A DNA stretch of 52,709 nucleotides. Source: a virus (Duplodnaviria; Caudoviricetes). Numbering within the stretch: position 1 is the first letter of the stretch; every line of letters starts with the position of its first letter. The stretch spans positions 1-52,709 of the IMG/VR virus record IMGVR_UViG_3300035687_000009; one strand, 5' to 3'. The position numbers and the translations under genes are program-made. Shown here piece by piece: positions 47,626 through 52,709 of the stretch. The notes under the pieces were generated by a model, which ran no database searches, was not told the DNA's origin, and worked only from the letters and a program-made list of their open reading frames with translations.

Positions 47626-48009
47626 TTAATGGTTCAAAAGGTTAGGGTGCTCGTATATGTTGCCGATGATTTTAAAATGCGTTCGTTCAAATAGACAGGT
47701 TGGATCATCACTAGTTAAAGACTCCTTTACAACGAAACAGCCATCTTCGAAAATAACCATTACACGAAAGACGGTAGTGTTCTTGTAAACATGCTCCAGA
47801 ATATCCCCCTCATAGATTTCCTTTCCGTGCTTGTCGTGTAGTCCGGTGAATTGCATTACGCGAATATCAGTGCGACCTCCACCAAATAAAGTGTGACAGG
47901 ATACGGCAGCAGACATTAACCAATCGTTACTCAGCATAGTTTTCTCAAATACACGCCATACGCGAAACTTCAAAACTCTTGTCTCGGCTGTCTTGTCTAC
48001 TGTATTCAT
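47626..48009 (-). CDS. YopX-family protein
   Basis: LKFRVW, MQFTGLHDKHGKEIYEGDIL, IIGNIYEHPNLL. Confidence 0.9.
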   Translation of the reverse strand: MNTVDKTAETRVLKFRVWRVFEKTMLSNDWLMSAAVSCHTLFGGGRTDIRVMQFTGLHDKHGKEIYEGDILEHVYKNTTVFRVMVIFEDGCFVVKESLTSDDPTCLFERTHFKIIGNIYEHPNLLNH

Positions 48010-48221
48010 GATGGATATTTTTTATGGAGGTAGATTACGTCATCAATGAACTTATCCTTCACCGCCCCGGTGCGTAGGTTGTCAGGAATCCTCTTAAACT
48101 CCCTCACCAGCCTTTTTATACCACTGCGAAGTTTGTTTTTCTCCTCCTGCTTTTGTTTTTCCTCGCGTTCAATTCTATCACCCAACGCTTGGTCTTTTTG
48201 CCATTCTTCTACATTACTCAT
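48006..48221 (-). CDS. Hypothetical protein
   Basis: ATGA-coupled. Confidence 0.6.
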   Translation of the reverse strand: MSNVEEWQKDQALGDRIEREEKQKQEEKNKLRSGIKRLVREFKRIPDNLRTGAVKDKFIDDVIYLHKKYPS

Positions 48222-48421
48222 GAGTCCAACCGTTTTAAAAGTTCATCAACATAACTAATGATATTTACCGGATCAGGGAATCCATTTACATGATTCATAA
48301 GTTCAGGATTGGCCAGCATTCCCTGCATGGCCAGAGCTGCGAAGTGTTCACGTTTCGTCAAGCCCGAAATCTCCGTCACTTCACCCGGTTTTCGGATTGC
48401 AGACTTTTCGATGACCCTCAT
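48218..48421 (-). CDS. Phage protein with GLTKRExFAA motif
   Basis: GLTKREHFAALAMQGMLAN. Confidence 0.7.
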   Translation of the reverse strand: MRVIEKSAIRKPGEVTEISGLTKREHFAALAMQGMLANPELMNHVNGFPDPVNIISYVDELLKRLDS

Positions 48422-48542
48422 AATCCCAACCTTTGAACGGTGCCCAGATATCTACCTGTGATTTCCTCTCCACAGTCAAAACAGATCGGTGCAATTCTAT
48501 GTTCTTCCATATCTTTTAGCTTAATATTTTGTAATACATTGG

Positions 48543-49250
48543 TTACGGGATCAACGTACTTTTGATCAGCTTTTCAGGAATGAATAGTTTCATAACTGTT
48601 TCTTTATACTTTTGGGCGGCCATTAGTTTCTCCACAATTCTATTCTGATCTTCAACATCCGTGGTGATAAGAATTATTTTCATCTTTAGATGATCTTCAC
48701 TCATTCGTGGATCATAGGTAGCGAAGGCGCATTTTTCCCGTTTGGTGAACAGAAGATTAGCCTGGCATTGATAGTAGTACTCAGGAAACTCTGCTTTCAG
48801 ATCGGCTTGATCTTGAAGCATGAAGTATTGAAGTTGGATACCTGAATCAAAAGGGCATTTGATTTCGAGTATTGTATCCTCATCTATATATCCATCGGGT
48901 GAACCTCCTGACATTATAGAGAACGGAACGAAGGAAGCCGGTTTTACTTCGCACCCGGTAATCATAGCGAAGTAATCAATCGCAGCCTGTTCATTGTCGT
49001 TCCCCCAATCAAGGGCTTTCGCGGATACCTCCCTTGCTATCCCTGTCAAATCCTCAGCTACTTTTTCCAAAATGTAACTCTTCGTAGTCTCTGACAGTTC
49101 GCCTCGCGCCTTGGCTTCCTTGCTCCTGGGCTCGGTGAATAGCTTCCAAACTTCAGAAGCAGTGAATCTACCTAACCTTTGATCGTGCCACGCTTGGCTC
49201 TTTTGTTTCGCTAAAGGATATTCCGCAAAGCCCATTGATGTTGATTCCAT
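48543..49250 (-). CDS. YqaJ/lambda-exonuclease family protein
   Basis: WHDQRLGRFTASE, WGNDNE, GGSPDG, LEIKCP, YYQCQ. Confidence 0.9.
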   Translation of the reverse strand: MESTSMGFAEYPLAKQKSQAWHDQRLGRFTASEVWKLFTEPRSKEAKARGELSETTKSYILEKVAEDLTGIAREVSAKALDWGNDNEQAAIDYFAMITGCEVKPASFVPFSIMSGGSPDGYIDEDTILEIKCPFDSGIQLQYFMLQDQADLKAEFPEYYYQCQANLLFTKREKCAFATYDPRMSEDHLKMKIILITTDVEDQNRIVEKLMAAQKYKETVMKLFIPEKLIKSTLIP

Positions 49251-49251
49251 A

Positions 49252-49797
49252 TTAGAAGGGTAAGGATTGGAATGCGTACTCAGTTACTTTTCCGTTAACT
49301 ACCCACGGATCAGCGCTATCAAATAATGCTTCTAGATATGCAGGCTTATCGAGAGCCGCCTTTTTGATTTCGTCAGACAAATCTTTTTTCGGACTTGGTG
49401 TGATGCTGTAGGTAGTGTCAAGGTCTTTACCTTTCCGTGTGATCTTAATATCATAAAAGAAAGGCTGGCCCCATTCAGCGTCCTTATGTAGGGTCTGAAT
49501 TGCGTTCTGTATTGTGGACTGAGTGATTTCAATAATCTGAACAGCCTGCTCCGAATAATTCCATACAAGGAAAGCCCAAAAATGTTTGATAGGCTTCTCT
49601 CCTAATGGCTTATCTGGTTTTGCATTGTAGCGGAATCGGTGAGGAACTTTGTCCTTCCAGTCCAACCATCCAATGATAGGCTTTGACAGAATGCGGATTT
49701 TGTTTTCTCCGTCCTGAAGTTTCATGTAATTACTATTCCCCGCCGGGGCTTCATAATTTTCGGGTAGGAACCCATCGTCATTTTGAACGTTTGTCAT
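49252..49797 (-). CDS. ssDNA-binding/annealing protein (gp32-like OB fold)
   Basis: YMKLQDGENKIRIL...YDIKITRKGKDLDTTY; C-terminal LPF; adjacent to the exonuclease. Confidence 0.65.
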   Translation of the reverse strand: MTNVQNDDGFLPENYEAPAGNSNYMKLQDGENKIRILSKPIIGWLDWKDKVPHRFRYNAKPDKPLGEKPIKHFWAFLVWNYSEQAVQIIEITQSTIQNAIQTLHKDAEWGQPFFYDIKITRKGKDLDTTYSITPSPKKDLSDEIKKAALDKPAYLEALFDSADPWVVNGKVTEYAFQSLPF

Positions 49798-49827
49798 ATG
49801 AAATAAAAGGTTAGTGACTATTTTTTA

Positions 49828-50868
49828 CTACAGTGATTTAGCTTTCTCGGTAATGAAGTTTGAGGTCTTCTCGATCATTACGGCAGCATCGACAATTACC
49901 TTACTTGCTTCTTTGGACTTTACCTCTGGTGGAAGGATTGATGCAAGAGAAGCCGCAAACGCTAAAAGCTTTTCTTTATCCGGGCGCAATGCTTCCTGTC
50001 TTTCGATCTCCGCTTTTACTTTCCGGTCGGCCTCTGCTTTTTCTTCAGCCTCACGCTTTGCCCTTGACTCAGCCTCAACACGGGCCTTTTCAACGGCTTC
50101 AATCTTAGCTTTTTCAAGTTCAGCTAAGCGGACTTTTTCCTCCTGCTCTCTGCGTTTAATTTCTTCAAATGCTCTTTTTTCGGACGCAATCTTTTCCTGC
50201 TCCGCACGTAGTTGAGCTTCTCTTTTATCCTGCTCAGCCTTGATGGCCTTTTCTTTTTCTGCCTGAGCTAGCGCAATCTTTTCCTGCTCCGCACGTTGCT
50301 TATCCAACTCTACCCGTTCAGCTTTCAATCTTTCTTCTTCGTCTCTACGCTTATTCTCTTGATCAGCGATACGTTCCTGTTCTTTGCGATATTCAGTCTC
50401 AGCATTAATAAGCAAGGCTTTGAATTTATCCTCACTCATAATTTTAAGTTCGTAGAAGTCTGCTGCATAATCGAATTGAGCAAGAGCGTTTAATCTCTCC
50501 TGAACTTTCGCGGATTCCTGGCGTTCCTTTTCTTTCCGAATAGCTTCCTTCTCCGCATCAATTCGGTCCACTTCAGATTTTAAGCTGTCCTCAATAGGTT
50601 GAATGATAGCCACCAATTCTTTTTCTCTTGCAATTACTTTACGTTGAAATTGGATGGCATTTTCACGAAGTTCTTTTGCATCACTAACGATCTGAACACG
50701 TTCGTTTTTTAGAACTTTCCTTGCTTCGTCAACTTTTTTATATCCATCTCTGTCTGAAACATCCGCTATCGTTAATCCTTTGTATTCATTTGCCAGGGCG
50801 AGCAAATTTATTTCTCTGGCTTCAAGTTTTTGTAGCCCCAGTTCTGTTGTAGGTTCAGTAGTAGTCAT
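49828..50868 (-). CDS. Coiled-coil protein (DUF1351-like N-terminus)
   Basis: YKGLTIAD...ARKVLKNERV; long E/K/A/R-rich helix. Confidence 0.75.
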   Translation of the reverse strand: MTTTEPTTELGLQKLEAREINLLALANEYKGLTIADVSDRDGYKKVDEARKVLKNERVQIVSDAKELRENAIQFQRKVIAREKELVAIIQPIEDSLKSEVDRIDAEKEAIRKEKERQESAKVQERLNALAQFDYAADFYELKIMSEDKFKALLINAETEYRKEQERIADQENKRRDEEERLKAERVELDKQRAEQEKIALAQAEKEKAIKAEQDKREAQLRAEQEKIASEKRAFEEIKRREQEEKVRLAELEKAKIEAVEKARVEAESRAKREAEEKAEADRKVKAEIERQEALRPDKEKLLAFAASLASILPPEVKSKEASKVIVDAAVMIEKTSNFITEKAKSL

Positions 50869-51056
50869 ATTAGTGCTTTAAGGTTTTCTCGTCTGGCTTT
50901 AATTCGCTCCATCCCATGATTAAATTCCTGCTGAATTTCTTCCTGATTCATTTTTGAATCCCGGATTGCTTCCTGAAATTCTATGGATAGTTTCAGTAGC
51001 ATGGTTAGATCCCGGGAATCTTCAGGGACTAATAAATTATGTTCGATGGCTGTCAT
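50865..51056 (-). CDS. Hypothetical protein
   Basis: ATGA-coupled. Confidence 0.6.
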   Translation of the reverse strand: MTAIEHNLLVPEDSRDLTMLLKLSIEFQEAIRDSKMNQEEIQQEFNHGMERIKARRENLKALI

Positions 51057-51343
51057 ATGAATAAGGGTTCAGTTATTTTCTTTTGAGTCACCACATTCGG
51101 GATCTCGATCTCCGATTGAATATCGATTACCCCTGGCTCCACGCCCAACTCCTGGGCTATGGCTAATTGAACATCGATGTATAGATCTGAGGGCTTAATG
51201 GTTAACATGTTGATTATCCTGCAACAGTTCACAATAATTTTGTATGGTGAAAAGAATGAAGGCTTATGATAGTAAGCGATTTCAATGATGACCATCTGCT
51301 CATCATCACCTGATCCGAAGATGGAGCCTGTGAGTGTTTTCAT
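51053..51343 (-). CDS. Hypothetical protein
   Basis: Start moved to MKTLTG, whose ATG overlaps the stop of 51340..51540. Confidence 0.6.
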   Translation of the reverse strand: MKTLTGSIFGSGDDEQMVIIEIAYYHKPSFFSPYKIIVNCCRIINMLTIKPSDLYIDVQLAIAQELGVEPGVIDIQSEIEIPNVVTQKKITEPLFI

Positions 51344-51540
51344 ACTTTTATAAAGGGTAAGTTTTTTACTGGCTTCAAAAATTTGATGTCGTTCCTTTGG
51401 TAGGCTCTCTTTTCCTTGCAGCCTTTGATCCTCACTACATAGGTGCATAGTGAGTGCTGATCGATTCGTTCAAGTACATAGCCTATCCTTCCTTTGAAGA
51501 GATCGTGCTCATGGATTATTCTTACGCGGTCCATAATCAA
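51340..51540 (-). CDS. KOW/SH3-like small protein
   Basis: DRVRII...FKGRIGYV...YVVRI. Confidence 0.6.
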   Translation of the reverse strand: MIMDRVRIIHEHDLFKGRIGYVLERIDQHSLCTYVVRIKGCKEKRAYQRNDIKFLKPVKNLPFIKV

Positions 51541-52262
51541 AACTCTTTACTGAATGATTTCTTTTCTCTCCATGTTGTCTTGAACATGCTCCACGCTTTC
51601 GCCGGACCGAAGTCGTCACCATTCGCAAAAATTAATTCTAACCTTTTTTCAAAAGCATCAACACGATGGAACTTTCTCCATGTAAGCCAGTCAAGGGTGA
51701 GGAATAAAGCGAAGCTGATTAGCACACCCATTACAAAGAATGAAGCGGGAACGACCGACCAAAACTCTTGATTAGAAGTAACAAGGATCAGCCAGATAAT
51801 TTTTGATATAACATATCCGGTAGGCACTGATAGTAAGTAGGATCTCTTACTACTTCTGGGGAATAAAAGGAATACCCCAAGCAGACAGAATAATTCAAAT
51901 AAGTGCGGGCCTAGTAAGAAAAAAAGATGGAAGTAATTCAAGTGGTACCAGTTAACATTCTCCACGGTTCTATCAAATAACAGATAAACACAAGCCGATG
52001 ACGGTGCAATTACTCCCATCAAACCTAACCCTACAAAAATCCTGTTGTTAACCAGCAGTGTGCTAGTTATTGCACTGAGGCCAGCAGTTACTTCCCTGAG
52101 TGCAAGGGCATAACGCGGGCTCAATAACTTCTTCCTGGCAGGCCCAAATACTCCATGCTGCAGCCATAAAAATGGCAAGAGCAATGATTTTAAAATACTT
52201 TCGCATAGTGGTTTTAATTTGAAGTTGAAAAAATATTTAAGTTGTACTGTCTCGTTCTTCAT
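51537..52262 (-). CDS. Multi-pass membrane protein
   Basis: About four hydrophobic segments; true start may be internal. Confidence 0.7.
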   Translation of the reverse strand: MKNETVQLKYFFNFKLKPLCESILKSLLLPFLWLQHGVFGPARKKLLSPRYALALREVTAGLSAITSTLLVNNRIFVGLGLMGVIAPSSACVYLLFDRTVENVNWYHLNYFHLFFLLGPHLFELFCLLGVFLLFPRSSKRSYLLSVPTGYVISKIIWLILVTSNQEFWSVVPASFFVMGVLISFALFLTLDWLTWRKFHRVDAFEKRLELIFANGDDFGPAKAWSMFKTTWREKKSFSKEF

Positions 52263-52293
52263 GATTGATAAAGGGGTAAAGGTTTTGGATATT

Positions 52294-52709
52294 TTATTTT
52301 TCGATCAGCTTTTCAAACTCTTCAATCCATTCCAGAACTAGTTTTGAAAACTGATTAATGGATGGGGTGTCGCCCTTTTTAATTCCAACGAAAAACATTT
52401 CGATAGGGCGGCTTGAATTTCTTACACTAAGAATCGCTTTAATCCTTACTGATTCTTGTGGACCATTATTAACTTTCGCCCCGCGCTCCAAAGTTCCACT
52501 CAAACAAGAGCATTCACCATCGTATACACGTCCGTTTATATTACCCTCTATAACATTTTGTTTCAAGTAGGACAACTCTTTCAAGCCGTGTAATAGGACA
52601 ATGAAAAAATCATTTTTGATTACACTCAGATCGGCACCACGCAGATCGGCACCACTCAGATTGGCACCACTCAGATTGGCACCACTCAGATAGGCACCAC
52701 TCAGATCGG
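52294..52709 (-). CDS. Pentapeptide-repeat protein, C-terminal part
   Basis: ...[45 protein letters not shown]...; in frame with the 445..1 segment. Confidence 0.9.
   Translation of the reverse strand, partial: DLSGAYLSGANLSGANLSGADLRGADLSVIKNDFFIVLLHGLKELSYLKQNVIEGNINGRVYDGECSCLSGTLERGAKVNNGPQESVRIKAILSVRNSSRPIEMFFVGIKKGDTPSINQFSKLVLEWIEEFEKLIEK
52566..52709. repeat. Right copy of terminal overlap
   Basis: Matches 1-144 at 143/144 positions. Confidence 0.95.

Noticed and set aside
49814-50493. Plus-strand ORFs opposite the coiled-coil gene, and similar antisense ORFs at 27131-27868 and 28839-29775
   Set aside because: S/F/L-rich shadows of E/K-rich genes on the other strand

Overview
The window looks like a complete (about 52.6 kb, ends overlapping by 144 bp) excised genome of a temperate, probably long-tailed phage of a Bacteroidota host. 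Host assignment rests on TAnnTTTG/TTTG-type promoters, a DUF5675 lysin and a Bacteroidota-type integrase. Family calls come from motif recognition by eye, not database searches. Layout: divergent immunity switch (0.6-1.9 kb); lipoprotein and Imm-type exclusion genes; tyrosine integrase with an attP carrying the 3' half of a CAT-anticodon tRNA; TerS/TerL; a 10-kb block of about 7 GT-A glycosyltransferases, one Maf/sialyltransferase-fold enzyme and 3 SAM methyltransferases interleaved with tiny ORFs; tail genes placed before the portal/head genes; an SGNH esterase; lysis genes; and a minus-strand early arm (vWA module, replication initiator with iterons, DNA methylase, exonuclease/SSB, pentapeptide protein spanning the join). 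Best candidates for something new: (1) the late-region glycan-building cassette, plausibly a virion glycosylation/O-methylation system; (2) a recurring hairpin+AATACAA element at a near-fixed distance before non-AUG starts of structural genes; (3) a 211-nt tRNA-Leu-like RNA whose anticodon/variable region is replaced by two long hairpins.
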